Shown in pieces: positions 38,179 to 48,913 of a stretch of DNA of 64,000 bases (position 1 is the stretch's first letter; each line of letters begins with the position of its first letter). The DNA is from Candidatus Woesearchaeota archaeon (GTDB lineage: Archaea > Nanobdellota > Nanobdellia > Woesearchaeales > SM23-78). The stretch covers positions 35,457 through 99,456 of the forward strand of contig JAFGDD010000004.1 of NCBI GenBank assembly GCA_016932315.1, read 5' to 3'. The notes beneath the pieces were generated by a model, which was given only the letters and a program-made list of their open reading frames with translations, made no database searches and was not told where the DNA came from. The position numbers and the translations under genes are program-made.

Positions 38179-38712
38179 TTATTCGTATACTTGCAGTTCC
38201 ATAACTCCTAAGGCATATGCCTTGGTTAATGGATTGTAAAGGCTTACAGGCACGCGCACCATATCTGCAGTCTTGGTTTTGCCTGCGTTCTCCCATAAAA
38301 TCCAATAATCCGTGCCTAAAGTTCTTGAATCAGACGGGTAAATTTCTACTACACTTATCTTTGAGTTTCTTAGCAAGTCAAAATAATAGTTAAAGGAGTA
38401 AGAATTATCCTGTTTAGTCTGATTAATGAAGCTGCCAAGCACCATTAGCTTTGTAATGTCTAAACACATAAATTCTGAGGTTCCTATTTCTGAGCATTCG
38501 AGCTCTGGCCAGAAGCTAAGCCTGTGCGCAATTTCCACAACTCTTGCATTCCTAAGCTGCCTTTGCTTCTCCTTTATGCTTACCTCCTGGAATTTTGAAT
38601 AGAAGACAACACTGAGGACAATAATAATTATTATTATAAAAACTACAAATATCGTTTCAGTCATCTGAAGCTCTGCTTTCTTTGCAACTGTTGTTTTATT
38701 GTTTTTTCTCAT
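38179..38712 (-). CDS. Pilin-like protein with a class III signal peptide
   Basis: KKA/ELQMTETIFVVFIIIIII... Confidence 0.75.
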   Translation of the reverse strand: MRKNNKTTVAKKAELQMTETIFVVFIIIIIIVLSVVFYSKFQEVSIKEKQRQLRNARVVEIAHRLSFWPELECSEIGTSEFMCLDITKLMVLGSFINQTKQDNSYSFNYYFDLLRNSKISVVEIYPSDSRTLGTDYWILWENAGKTKTADMVRVPVSLYNPLTKAYALGVMELQVYE

Positions 38713-38784
38713 TTTCAGCTCATTAAAAAATTTATATACTTTTTTAATTCTTTAATCTTCTAATTCTTTAATCTTTTAATACTT

Positions 38785-39870
38785 TTAATATATTCTTGGG
38801 CAATTAGTTTTCTGTAACAAGTAATTGTTAAGAGTTCTCAAATCATTAACTGCCAAGAATAATGAATATATGTCGGGTAGCAGAGGTTCTTTTTTTCCAG
38901 AATATTCCTGAATATTTGCCAGGTAAAGGGCTGCGCTGTTCTCTGCCCCAATATAAGCATCTGAGCAGCTCTCAACTGTGTTTTCAGAGTAATAAATCAT
39001 TCTTTGCTGATAAAGCTGCGCTAGGAGTTCTAGGCGCAAAAGGCTTTTCTTAAAGTTGTGTTCATAAATGGTCTTGTCATGACTTATCACGCCGCCAAGT
39101 ATAGAATCCAAGCCTAAATACAGAGCTGCATCTGCGTTGTTGCCTACAAATCCTGCTTCAGGGGAGTAAGTAGAAAATATCATCTCGCCATAATCCAGCA
39201 ATACTCCTTGTGCTGGCTTTATGACGACTGCAAATAACCTTTTATCACCATTAACAAAATTTAGCTGACCGACTCCGAGAGGAGCATATTCATCATCAAA
39301 AATAAAAACTGTATGTTCATAATTATTATCTTCATAAACGGCAACTTCTGATGTGTCAATGAATTTCTTGGTTGCGTCCTCTGGCATGGCATCAAAAACA
39401 GCATTCAACAAAGGAGAATCTAATGAACCAACAAAAACATATTCTATATCTTTGTCAGTAATATAAACGAAAGGCATGATTTTGAAGGGGGCATTAAAGA
39501 TTCTGGTAAGAATAACCAGCTCGTCACTCTTAATCTCTGAAGGTGAAAAAATAACATTATAATCATACCGGCTTGACTTAAGAGCTCCTTCAACATAATA
39601 CTCTGACGTTACATCGGAGGTGAAGAATATTTTTTTGCCTGCTTTGTCAAAAAGAATGCTCCTTTGGGTGTTCTCTGAAGCAGAACTGATTTTTAGAAGG
39701 TTATCAAGCTCAAGCGTTGCTTCCTGCGCTGAGCTTTTATCAGCACTAGAGCTCTGGTTGGCTATCACGCTGAAGAAGAAACCTAAAAAGACTGCTCCTG
39801 CTATGAGCACAAATATCCAGTTGAACTGAAGAGTAAAACCCTTCCTATTAAAAAGCCTCTTTTTAAGCAT
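38785..39870 (-). CDS. Pilin-like protein with a class III signal peptide (361 aa)
   Basis: RKG/FTLQFNWIFVLIAGAVFL..; GGTGA RBS. Confidence 0.75.
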   Translation of the reverse strand: MLKKRLFNRKGFTLQFNWIFVLIAGAVFLGFFFSVIANQSSSADKSSAQEATLELDNLLKISSASENTQRSILFDKAGKKIFFTSDVTSEYYVEGALKSSRYDYNVIFSPSEIKSDELVILTRIFNAPFKIMPFVYITDKDIEYVFVGSLDSPLLNAVFDAMPEDATKKFIDTSEVAVYEDNNYEHTVFIFDDEYAPLGVGQLNFVNGDKRLFAVVIKPAQGVLLDYGEMIFSTYSPEAGFVGNNADAALYLGLDSILGGVISHDKTIYEHNFKKSLLRLELLAQLYQQRMIYYSENTVESCSDAYIGAENSAALYLANIQEYSGKKEPLLPDIYSLFLAVNDLRTLNNYLLQKTNCPRIY

Positions 39871-39948
39871 TTCATCACCGCGTTCATCGCACTCCTCGCA
39901 CTTAGTGTGTGCCTTTGAAACTCTTTTTAACCTTTTTTTAACCTCTTT

Positions 39949-40464
39949 TTAATTCCAGCCAGATTCTATCTGAACTTTGCTGCCCAGCCCTGTGAAGACA
40001 AGCTTGAAGTTGCCATTTCTTGCTTTGAAGCATTCTAAATGCGAGGTTGTGGGAATGCTTATCTTTTGTGAAAATTTATTTACATTTTTCAATGGCTCTG
40101 TAAACTCTGCCTTGACAAAAATATTGGCTGTACATGCACTAAGATAGTTTCTAATTTCCACTTCAGCAGCAGGGAGACTGTCAATTGAAAACAATGAACT
40201 TTCTCTTGGGCAAAAATCAGAGTCTGCAAAACAAACCTCCTTAACATTGCAAGCCGCTTTAAGAGTTTCTTCGTGCACAGATCCTGCATCTGTGTATTCG
40301 TCAATAAAATTAAGGATAGAACGCTCAAAAACAATTCTTTGGTGTTCGCACTGCGCATTCATGATTGAGGATATGCCTTTGTAACCTACCACTATGAGCA
40401 CTCCAACAACCAGTAACACCATGATGTAAATGAAGACTTGGCTTATCTGAGCTCTTTTTTCCAT
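39949..40464 (-). CDS. Pilin-like protein with a class III signal peptide
   Basis: KRA/QISQVFIYIMVLLVVGVL..; GAGG RBS. Confidence 0.78.
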   Translation of the reverse strand: MEKRAQISQVFIYIMVLLVVGVLIVVGYKGISSIMNAQCEHQRIVFERSILNFIDEYTDAGSVHEETLKAACNVKEVCFADSDFCPRESSLFSIDSLPAAEVEIRNYLSACTANIFVKAEFTEPLKNVNKFSQKISIPTTSHLECFKARNGNFKLVFTGLGSKVQIESGWN

Positions 40465-40592
40465 AAAAAACCTCGCAGGAATTGTGATAATCGTTATAAG
40501 TTAGTATAAACATAATAAACATAATAAAATAGTATAAAATTATAATAAAATAAAGTATAATCATTAATGCTTCCTAATATGAGCGCATTATT

Positions 40593-42605
40593 TTATTTTT
40601 TTGAATCTTTTTTCTTCTTATATGAATCAGATAATGTCTTTAGCTTATCAAATGTGGCGCTCGAATCCTTTTTTGGCTGGCTAGCTTTCTCAGTTTTTTC
40701 TTCTTTTTGTTCCTTGGCCTGACCGGGCTTCTTGCCCAGCTCAGATAATGGTATGAAATCTTCTTCCTCCCCCTCTTTACCAACAGCCTTAGCTGCAATT
40801 GCAGCCCCAGCTCCTTTACTCTGCTCTGCAGGAATTCCTGACTTGACTTTTGTAGTATCAAATCCTTGCAGCAAAGCCTTTCTTTCTCCTTGTTTCTGGG
40901 CAATGGCAGGAGGTGTTAATCTTCTTGGCTGAATAAGCTGTTGTTGAGCTCTGGCTTGTGTAGGTCTCTGTACACCAGCACCTGCTGGCTGAGTTTTTTT
41001 CTGAGGCATTAATACCTTTCTGTAATAAACCAAGAACCCAGCACTGCCAAGCATTAAGAGTAATCCAATTATTAAAAGAATAATTTGTAATGTTCTGTTT
41101 TTTGAACCGCAGTCAGGAATCTCGCTTGTTGGATCGGTTTCTTCATAATACTCATCGAGATTAGTGCAGCCATCCTTGTCAGGGTTTTCATCAGCGTCAT
41201 CATTATCCTTGTCCAAACCATATTTGTCCTCCCACCAATCAGGCATGCCATCTCCGTCACTATCAAGTTCCTTGTCTACAACGCATATGCCTGCTTCGCA
41301 AATGCCTGAAGTGCAGTCATTGCCAGAAAGGCATTTTTGACCTGTTTCACATTTCTTGCTGCATCCTCCGCCACAGTCAATGTCAGTTTCGTCACCGTTT
41401 TGAAATTTGTCAGAACAACTAGCAACAGAACATTTTTTGGTTGTGGGATGACAGAAATTAGAAATACAATCATTGTCTCTGTTGCAACTCTTGTTTATAT
41501 CGCAGCCAGGGCAACTGGCGCCGCAATCCACATCACTCTCAAGACCATTCTGCAAGCCATCAGTGCAACTGGGGGCAGAGCATATTCCTGCTTTGCAATA
41601 GTATGATGCGCAGTCTTCATTAACAAAACACTTTTTGCCGTCAGCACAACCTAAACAACTGCCTCCGCAATCAACATCAGTTTCATCACCGTCTTTGATG
41701 CTGTCAAAACAGGAAGTATTAAAGCTTGAATTAGCGCCTACTATGCATGAGCTCGTGTCAAAGTGGCAATCAGCACTGCATTTCAAACTGCCTCCTATAA
41801 ATGCAGTGAAGCTTTTGCAGTCATTAATACTGCCCCAATCATTCTTGTCGCATAGTTCTGCATCATTCAACACATAATCACCACATTCTCCGCTCTCATT
41901 TACTGAGATGCAATTCCTAACGTTAAATGTGCAATTGCTGTTGCAGCTTAATGTGCCATTAATAAAAGCACCAATAGTCCTGCAACTTTGGCCATTAAGA
42001 TTGCTTGACTCGCATTCTTCTCCGGCGTCAATTCTCTTATTGCCACAACTCTCCAGCTTGCAATATGCGCTGCAGCCATCACCATCAATGTTGTTGCCAT
42101 CATCGCATTCTTCGCTTCGATTTACTTTCCTGTCACCACAACCAGCAGGATAGACTGGCTTGATTTCAAACATCTTAGAATCATTCCTTTTGTTACCGAC
42201 CCTGTCCTGAACCATGATGATGTAAGTATAAGTGCCTGCTGGCAAGGTGCTTCTGGTGGTAGTAACAAAAGTCTTGCCATTATTCAGAGTGTCGGTATCC
42301 AGACTAAAGCTCTGATTATTTGAATCTATTATTTTAGCACTCACCAAGCTTACAGACTCATTATAGGTGGCATTAATTCTCACACTCGTCGAATTAATGG
42401 TAATCCATTGCGAGCTGACTGCTTCAGCAGAAAAAAGGTTTATAAAAAAAAGAAAGCAAAAAAGCAACAATGACAATAGTATAACTCCTGAAAAAATACT
42501 TACTCCTTTACTCATTCTAATAAGCCCAGCATGATTAAATTTAATATTATTAAATTTAATATTATTTTTTTTTATATTGCTAACCTTGTTGCTTTTCCCC
42601 TTCAT
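40593..42605 (-). CDS. Cys-rich type I membrane surface protein (Ig-like domain, myxococcal Cys-rich repeats, DGDETDVDCGG repeats, Ca-binding DxDxDG motifs)
   Basis: Signal peptide, CGD..EECDDGN..DGDGCS, three ETD.DCGG.C-type repeats, DSDGDGMPDWWE, a TM helix and a charged cytoplasmic tail. Confidence 0.85.
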   Translation of the reverse strand: MKGKSNKVSNIKKNNIKFNNIKFNHAGLIRMSKGVSIFSGVILLSLLLFCFLFFINLFSAEAVSSQWITINSTSVRINATYNESVSLVSAKIIDSNNQSFSLDTDTLNNGKTFVTTTRSTLPAGTYTYIIMVQDRVGNKRNDSKMFEIKPVYPAGCGDRKVNRSEECDDGNNIDGDGCSAYCKLESCGNKRIDAGEECESSNLNGQSCRTIGAFINGTLSCNSNCTFNVRNCISVNESGECGDYVLNDAELCDKNDWGSINDCKSFTAFIGGSLKCSADCHFDTSSCIVGANSSFNTSCFDSIKDGDETDVDCGGSCLGCADGKKCFVNEDCASYYCKAGICSAPSCTDGLQNGLESDVDCGASCPGCDINKSCNRDNDCISNFCHPTTKKCSVASCSDKFQNGDETDIDCGGGCSKKCETGQKCLSGNDCTSGICEAGICVVDKELDSDGDGMPDWWEDKYGLDKDNDDADENPDKDGCTNLDEYYEETDPTSEIPDCGSKNRTLQIILLIIGLLLMLGSAGFLVYYRKVLMPQKKTQPAGAGVQRPTQARAQQQLIQPRRLTPPAIAQKQGERKALLQGFDTTKVKSGIPAEQSKGAGAAIAAKAVGKEGEEEDFIPLSELGKKPGQAKEQKEEKTEKASQPKKDSSATFDKLKTLSDSYKKKKDSKK

Positions 42606-42683
42606 AATATAAACCTCTTTTTTAATTCTGCTCTTAAAATTACCATCTCATCAATGTCAAGTTACATTAATTTTATGTGGTTG

Positions 42684-45600
42684 TTATCTGTTTGGCGCGA
42701 TAGTAATGATTGGCTCATCTGGTGGCTCAATATCATATAATATTCCTAGTAATGTGTTGCTGTAGGTGTTGCCTGCAAAGTCCTCTGCATAGAATAATAC
42801 ATCTGTAAAGTTGGTTCTGTTGCCAATATTAATACTAATTGCAAAGATGCCTGTATCGTTTGAGAAGCAGGGCTGCTTCTGACCTGTGAGTACACAATTA
42901 TTAATGCAACTGGCTTGGTTGTTTCTCGTGTTCTTAGCACAAACATATCTTGAGTCTGTTGAAGTAATGCCTTGCGCAGGAACAATCTGTAGATTAGTCG
43001 GGAAGTTTGAAGCATTAGACGGACTGGTCAGGTCAATGAATGGTTTTTCTGCATCCACTCTGATGGTAGTGTTCTTTACCTGCTCCAAGTTCTTTGCAGG
43101 GTCCTGGGAATAATAATAAATCTGATAACTCCCAGATACAGGCAGCTTCTTTGAGTATTCGCTGTTTCTTCCTAATTCATCAGGATAGCAATAATTGCTC
43201 GCACTGACTATGCAAAACGAGGTGTTAATAAGATTTGATGGATAATTATCAGTTGCAGTGTATTTAATATTAACAGTGGCTGGGTAAACTCCAAATCCTG
43301 AAGGAAGTATGGTTGTTGTTGGGCTGGAGAAGTCTGCCTCGCAGTAACGGTCTCCTATTGGGCAATCTCTTCCCGTATTGGTTATAAAGTTTATTGGATT
43401 ATTATCTGCATCTCTAAAGCAGTAAAGCCCTGTCCAATAGCATTTTCCTAGGCGCAATGAATCGCTGCTTGCAGGAGCGAGCTGATGAGTTCCGCCAACT
43501 CTTATAGTGTTATTATATGTCGCATCCACGTGCACTGGCTGTCCGCCTGTACAGTTCTGCTGAATAAGATAATCAAGGCAAGAGGCAGTGGATTGTTTTG
43601 AGCAGGATTGGGCGCTGATCAAAGAAGAAGTGCCCTGGTAATAACATGATCCAAATAATTTGCATACTTCTGGAGTGCAGCCAGGACTTAGCCAATTGTA
43701 TTGGCTAGAATCACAGAATTCACACTTATGCAATTGAGGATTAGTAGGTCTGCATAACCCCCCGAGGGCATGCTGATCTTCATTCAGCCACACCCATTCG
43801 CAAATCTTGTTCTTGGCGCAAGGGTCAGCAGGGTCAGTGCAAGCTGCTTCTGACTTATAATCATAACAACTGGCAATGTTAGCACAATAATCAAATGCAT
43901 TGAATAAGCTTAGAGTTCTGTCAATGTAACACCCTTCAATCAAGTCTCTTTCAGGGCGGCCATTTTCCTTGCAGAACTTGGTAACCCTATAACCGCCTTC
44001 TTCTACAGTAACATTAAGGTCCAGATGAGCAAACATACCAAACAAGCCATTGCAGCTATCGCAGATGCTTTGATTAACGCACTTAGTTTCACCATTATCA
44101 TTTGGTCCCATGCAGTGCTTGCCGCCAGGGGTGCAATCCTCTATTGTCTCAAGATTATTGTTGGCGCCACATTTTTTCCTGGCGTTATTCATGCAGAACT
44201 GCGGAGGATGAGATTCCATGCAATAATAATTTCCTGTGGAAGTGCATTTTATCTGGGAAGCTCCTACCTTGGAAGTGTCTGTTATGAAGTAAGCGTTCAG
44301 GTAGTAGCAGTACTCTGAGTTCTGGCTTAGAGGGCCGTCTGAATAAGTTGTAGTAAATTTAGGAATGCTTGCATCAATTGGATTGAATTGAGTGGGCGAA
44401 CTGCATGCAACAGTTGTATTTTTTTGGCAGCGAAATAATGAGTAACTTGATATACTTGGGGCACAAGCACTATGCGTACTCCAGGATAGATTTATTTTCT
44501 TTGATAGGGAGTCAAAATTTGAGGAAAGAACTGGCTTCATGGTTATGGCAGTACAATTTGCAGGCCCGCACATGCAATCCTCACATTCTACGCCATTAGG
44601 GCACATCATGCCTATTTCGCAGGCTTCTGTGGGTGCAAGAACAAGGTCTCCGCAGCCAGATATTCCTTTGCAATTGCAAGCCCCTATCTCACCAAGATTA
44701 GCGCAATCATTGGCAGAGCATAAGCTGAATTGTCCTGAACCAGCAAGAGTATCTTCGCACGTCTCATAAGGATAAGTAACTATTCCATCGCCACAAACAG
44801 GACTGTAAACATTGCAATCAGCATCATTGTCAGCAGTACAACCAAGCGGGCAAACACCATTTGGAGTTGATGAGCAAACACAATCAGAATCATAATTAAT
44901 GTCTTCTGGGTTTGAAGAGCAGGCAACAGGGCAGTCTGCATTGTTATCAATGCATATTATTGAACCACAGTCATCAGGGTCATCAGGTCCGCAATAGTTG
45001 CAATATTCAGCTTTATGTACCTCTACTGTAAGATCATAAAACTTCCATATTGAGTTAACGCAATAAGCATTTGCAGAGGCATTGCAGCTTTCATTTGTAC
45101 ATTGACAATTAAGCTGAATATTTATGTTGGATGCGTCTGACGCGAGGTTTGCAATGGTTATGTTAGATGGTGCGCATCCTGGCTTTGAAGCAGCCACGAT
45201 AACATTTGTTCCGCCATCTACATTGTTAAGAATGAAAGAGCCATCTATTTTTGAATAATTCGCCACCCCTTTTGCACTAACAAAAGCCCTGCTTATAGAA
45301 CTGCCTGATGTCGACTGAATACTTCCTGAAACTGAAAATCCTGCGCCTGAGCAACTGCATGGCGCACCAGGGGTAACTTGTGAAGGGAAAAAGGTGCTGG
45401 GGGGTTCACAAGAAATATTAATGCTTCCAACACTAGTACCTGCTGGTGGGCAACAACATCCTAGAGCACATTGGGAAACTTCAGTGGTACAAGATTTTTC
45501 ATCAAAATAAAGTACACTGCCGGTGTTACAATTGTCTTGAGATGCTACTGTTGAACACGACTTTGCTTGCAAATCAACGCAGCAACCAGTTGCCATGGCG

Positions 45601-45689
45601 AGGTCTGCAAATAAAAGACTGAAAATCATTCCTGACAGAAACAAAATGATAAATAATAATTTTTTTTCTTTGAGCATTATATTCACCAC
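42684..45689 (-). CDS. Large secreted Cys-rich protein (1001 aa) with beta-sandwich (carboxypeptidase-regulatory/FN3/Ig-like) modules
   Basis: Signal peptide, GCC N-terminal motif, SVSGSI..DGSF, a W..Y..Y FN3-like pattern and many Cys repeats. Confidence 0.82.
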   Translation of the reverse strand: MVNIMLKEKKLLFIILFLSGMIFSLLFADLAMATGCCVDLQAKSCSTVASQDNCNTGSVLYFDEKSCTTEVSQCALGCCCPPAGTSVGSINISCEPPSTFFPSQVTPGAPCSCSGAGFSVSGSIQSTSGSSISRAFVSAKGVANYSKIDGSFILNNVDGGTNVIVAASKPGCAPSNITIANLASDASNINIQLNCQCTNESCNASANAYCVNSIWKFYDLTVEVHKAEYCNYCGPDDPDDCGSIICIDNNADCPVACSSNPEDINYDSDCVCSSTPNGVCPLGCTADNDADCNVYSPVCGDGIVTYPYETCEDTLAGSGQFSLCSANDCANLGEIGACNCKGISGCGDLVLAPTEACEIGMMCPNGVECEDCMCGPANCTAITMKPVLSSNFDSLSKKINLSWSTHSACAPSISSYSLFRCQKNTTVACSSPTQFNPIDASIPKFTTTYSDGPLSQNSEYCYYLNAYFITDTSKVGASQIKCTSTGNYYCMESHPPQFCMNNARKKCGANNNLETIEDCTPGGKHCMGPNDNGETKCVNQSICDSCNGLFGMFAHLDLNVTVEEGGYRVTKFCKENGRPERDLIEGCYIDRTLSLFNAFDYCANIASCYDYKSEAACTDPADPCAKNKICEWVWLNEDQHALGGLCRPTNPQLHKCEFCDSSQYNWLSPGCTPEVCKLFGSCYYQGTSSLISAQSCSKQSTASCLDYLIQQNCTGGQPVHVDATYNNTIRVGGTHQLAPASSDSLRLGKCYWTGLYCFRDADNNPINFITNTGRDCPIGDRYCEADFSSPTTTILPSGFGVYPATVNIKYTATDNYPSNLINTSFCIVSASNYCYPDELGRNSEYSKKLPVSGSYQIYYYSQDPAKNLEQVKNTTIRVDAEKPFIDLTSPSNASNFPTNLQIVPAQGITSTDSRYVCAKNTRNNQASCINNCVLTGQKQPCFSNDTGIFAISINIGNRTNFTDVLFYAEDFAGNTYSNTLLGILYDIEPPDEPIITIAPNR

Positions 45690-45872
45690 CCTCTTTTCAT
45701 TTTGAAATCTTACTTAAAACTATATAAATGTTATTATTATGACACGATATTCCACTATTGACTTTTTTAACTTTTTTAACTCTTTATTCTTTTTAATTTG
45801 TTCTTTAATTTGCGTATATATCTATTTTATCTTAATTTATTTATTATCTTTTTCCTTTCATTTATTTTAAAT

Positions 45873-47837
45873 TTATTTTGTAATTATATATGCAGGTCGT
45901 GATACTTGACTTAATGAAGTATCATTATAACAGCTCTCGACAAAAGTATTGGTAACCGTGTCATTTTGTCTGACCCAAAAACAATCAGGCATTTTTCTTA
46001 TGCAAGTATTCTTGTCAGTAATGGAAAAGCAATCTCTGTGTGCTTGTGGGTCGCCAGAGTGCGTAATCGCATAAACACAACTCTGGCAGCTTCTTTTCTG
46101 TTCATTACCATTATCAGGATAGCAAGCCCAACCGACATAACTGTCAGGATCACAGAAACTACGGCATTGATTGGCTGCTGTCTTACACCAAGCACCTCTA
46201 CAGTCATGAGCAGGGTTCTCATTTGAACCTAATACTCCTGAAAAATCGCATTTAGAAATATCACAAGGATTATCATTGGCATCAGGTTTGCATTTGCCAT
46301 CGCCACATAAATTACATTGCTCTTTCTCTTTTGCATAATTGCAGCATGCTTCTAAGATGCATTCACCAATACAATTATCCTGGGGGGGATTATTTGTAGA
46401 AGAATCAGTTATGTTAATCCAGAACTGCTGATAATCAAATAGACCGTTATCGTCAAGAGCCAGTATGCCTACTGCATGAGTTCCTGAATCATATTGGTTG
46501 ATGGACGCCCAGAGTTCTGAGTAAGTCAAGCTGGCTTGTACTCGCATATCTGCTTCGCACCATCCTTGCCCTCCAGTAAGAATGGTAGTGCTAGAGCTTA
46601 TCTCTTCTGAAGGAATGATAAAAGTTCCCGAACCTTGGCATTCTGAACGACCAAAATTATAAGATAAAAAATAATAGGTGATTTTAGAGTCATCGGGGTC
46701 GTGAGCATTTAGTGGGATTTCTATTGTTTGAGTGTTTGCAACATCTATCTCCCTCCCTTCCATCCAATCCAGGGCTGGTCGCCTGTCTTTTATTGATATT
46801 CTAAACAACAAAGGCCTGCCATTAACAATTGATTTCCTATCGATTACTTCTAGAATATCATCATATTTGTAAGGCAAACTACAAGAGGTACACGGGTCTT
46901 TGACTCTTTTGACTTCTAACCCTGATTTCCAATATGGCGAACTTACAAATTCCTCTTCAATATCAAATTCTATATTTTTTGAATCCAAGGATAACAAATT
47001 ATAGATGAAGTTGTAAACCCTGCCAAGTCTAATGTTGGTTGTTGTCTGATAATCTGTTACCTTGGTTACTGGCTCCTTGTCAGGATAGGTTATCTTAATT
47101 GGATACTTTATGGCAAGCAGCATGTCTGAATCGTGTATGCTAAGTTCTGCTATTGGCGGCACCTCCGTGCTAAGCGTTGCTCCTGTTTTGTCTGAAAATT
47201 GAGTTAAGTCAACGCAAAGTGGGAGCTTCTTGATAATATAATCTTCTAGTTGCTTTTGTATTGTAAAGCCCACGTTTGCTCCTTTGGCAAATGGCTCGCA
47301 GCCAGAAGCTCTCATAGGGTGGCAGAGCTTGCTCATTACGTTTTCTCCGTAAAACCCATCATATGCAGCGTAGAATGAATTAAAGAGACAATTTTCATTA
47401 TAAATAACGTCAAGCTCAGAAAGAGAGGTGTTTGTGTAAGGATAATCTGGGCTTGCATAATTAATTTCAGAACAAAGGGCATTATCTTTTAATCCGTAAC
47501 TAACAAAATATGGTTTGGTAAGATGGGTGTAGTTAAGATAATCCGATCCAAGTGTTAAGTCCTTGAAAGGAATGTTTCCCCCTTCAAAATCATATATTGT
47601 GCCTCCATTGGCACTAATTTTTTCTAAGCCATCCATGGTTACTCTAAGAGCGCAATCAACAATATGGTTCTTTACTCTGCCTGTTTCGAGTTCGTTTAAT
47701 ATGTTCTGAGCAGTAACTGGCTTTGGCTTTATGCTTTGCCTCATCGCTAACATGATAATTACGAGTATTAATAGAACCAAACCTATTATGACGAAAAGCG
47801 TTATCTGGGATTTCTTTTGATGCTTTAGATAGTTCAT
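45873..47837 (-). CDS. Large class III signal-peptide protein with a C-terminal Cys-rich domain
   Basis: KKS/QITLFVIIGLVLLIL.., an Ig/cadherin-like AHDPDD segment and a Cys-rich tail. Confidence 0.8.
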   Translation of the reverse strand: MNYLKHQKKSQITLFVIIGLVLLILVIIMLAMRQSIKPKPVTAQNILNELETGRVKNHIVDCALRVTMDGLEKISANGGTIYDFEGGNIPFKDLTLGSDYLNYTHLTKPYFVSYGLKDNALCSEINYASPDYPYTNTSLSELDVIYNENCLFNSFYAAYDGFYGENVMSKLCHPMRASGCEPFAKGANVGFTIQKQLEDYIIKKLPLCVDLTQFSDKTGATLSTEVPPIAELSIHDSDMLLAIKYPIKITYPDKEPVTKVTDYQTTTNIRLGRVYNFIYNLLSLDSKNIEFDIEEEFVSSPYWKSGLEVKRVKDPCTSCSLPYKYDDILEVIDRKSIVNGRPLLFRISIKDRRPALDWMEGREIDVANTQTIEIPLNAHDPDDSKITYYFLSYNFGRSECQGSGTFIIPSEEISSSTTILTGGQGWCEADMRVQASLTYSELWASINQYDSGTHAVGILALDDNGLFDYQQFWINITDSSTNNPPQDNCIGECILEACCNYAKEKEQCNLCGDGKCKPDANDNPCDISKCDFSGVLGSNENPAHDCRGAWCKTAANQCRSFCDPDSYVGWACYPDNGNEQKRSCQSCVYAITHSGDPQAHRDCFSITDKNTCIRKMPDCFWVRQNDTVTNTFVESCYNDTSLSQVSRPAYIITK

Positions 47838-47912
47838 CTTATAGCTAAGCTCATATGTATTGTATTTGACTAGTATGTGATTCGCACTAATCTTAGTCAT
47901 ATCGTGTTCTTA

Positions 47913-48776
47913 TTATCTGAAGACAAGACATGCATAACTCACGCTGTTCGCGTAATCGTTAGTTAAGTCACCAGAGGTATAATACTGCTCCAAAGCAGCA
48001 TTTTTGAAGGTAATAGTTTTCAAAAGCAAAGTTATTGGAAGCTGACCACAAATGGTGGCTCCTGTTTTGTAAACATAATCAGCAAATTCATTTGCAGAGC
48101 CTTTTTTTATCAAATCAATGGCATCACTGTCTAGCTTGTAAATCCTCTGCTTGATATCAGTGGAAAAAGGCACGTAGCCATAATTCATGCCATAATGAGT
48201 GAAATCACTGCTCACAATAAAAGTAACCTTTCTTTTAAGCTCTGCAATCGCATCTTTTAAGTCAGATGCAACTTTGTCTAGGTCAATATCTTCGGAAACA
48301 AGAATGGGCAGAATCTTTATGTGGTCTGCTCTTTTTCCGAGTGAAAACTGAAGAAAAGGCAACTGAACCTCAATGCAATGCTCATTGGCGTGTAACTCAT
48401 CATTAATCTTTAAGCTGCCCTTTTTTGCCAAAAGCTTTGCCAACTCCTGGTCTACTCTGACAAAGCCAAAAGGAGTTTCAAAGGATTCTATTGCAATGCC
48501 AGAAGCACCTCCTCTGTGACTTGGGCCCAACATTATAAACACCTCTGGCAAAGGAGCCTCTGCTAATGCAGCAAACCCCCAGGCAGCAGCCATGCCGCTA
48601 TAAATATAACCTGCATGAGGGTTTATTATGGCTTTGATTGGCAGAGCATCTGGCTTGGTCTTGGTAACAGGCAAATCTCCTGGACCTCTAGAATCATTAA
48701 AGCAAGCCTCTATTTGCTTGGTTAAAGCATTAACTGTTTTAGGATAGAATGACCCTGCATATGCTGGCTTTCTCAT
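47913..48776 (-). CDS. amrB: MEMO1 family protein (AmmeMemoRadiSam protein B)
   Basis: RKPAYAGSFYP, PHAGYIYSG, GPSH, EHCIEVQLPFLQ, SSDFTHYG and TICG. Confidence 0.93.
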   Translation of the reverse strand: MRKPAYAGSFYPKTVNALTKQIEACFNDSRGPGDLPVTKTKPDALPIKAIINPHAGYIYSGMAAAWGFAALAEAPLPEVFIMLGPSHRGGASGIAIESFETPFGFVRVDQELAKLLAKKGSLKINDELHANEHCIEVQLPFLQFSLGKRADHIKILPILVSEDIDLDKVASDLKDAIAELKRKVTFIVSSDFTHYGMNYGYVPFSTDIKQRIYKLDSDAIDLIKKGSANEFADYVYKTGATICGQLPITLLLKTITFKNAALEQYYTSGDLTNDYANSVSYACLVFR

Positions 48777-48913
48777 AACACCACCTTATTATCTTGTATT
48801 TTTTCATTTTAAATGTTAGGTTTTAAATATTAAAAAAATAAATGACATTTTAAAAAATTCAGGTATTTGCTTAGCTAATTAGCTAATAGTTTAATACAAC
48901 TTTTACTATTTTA

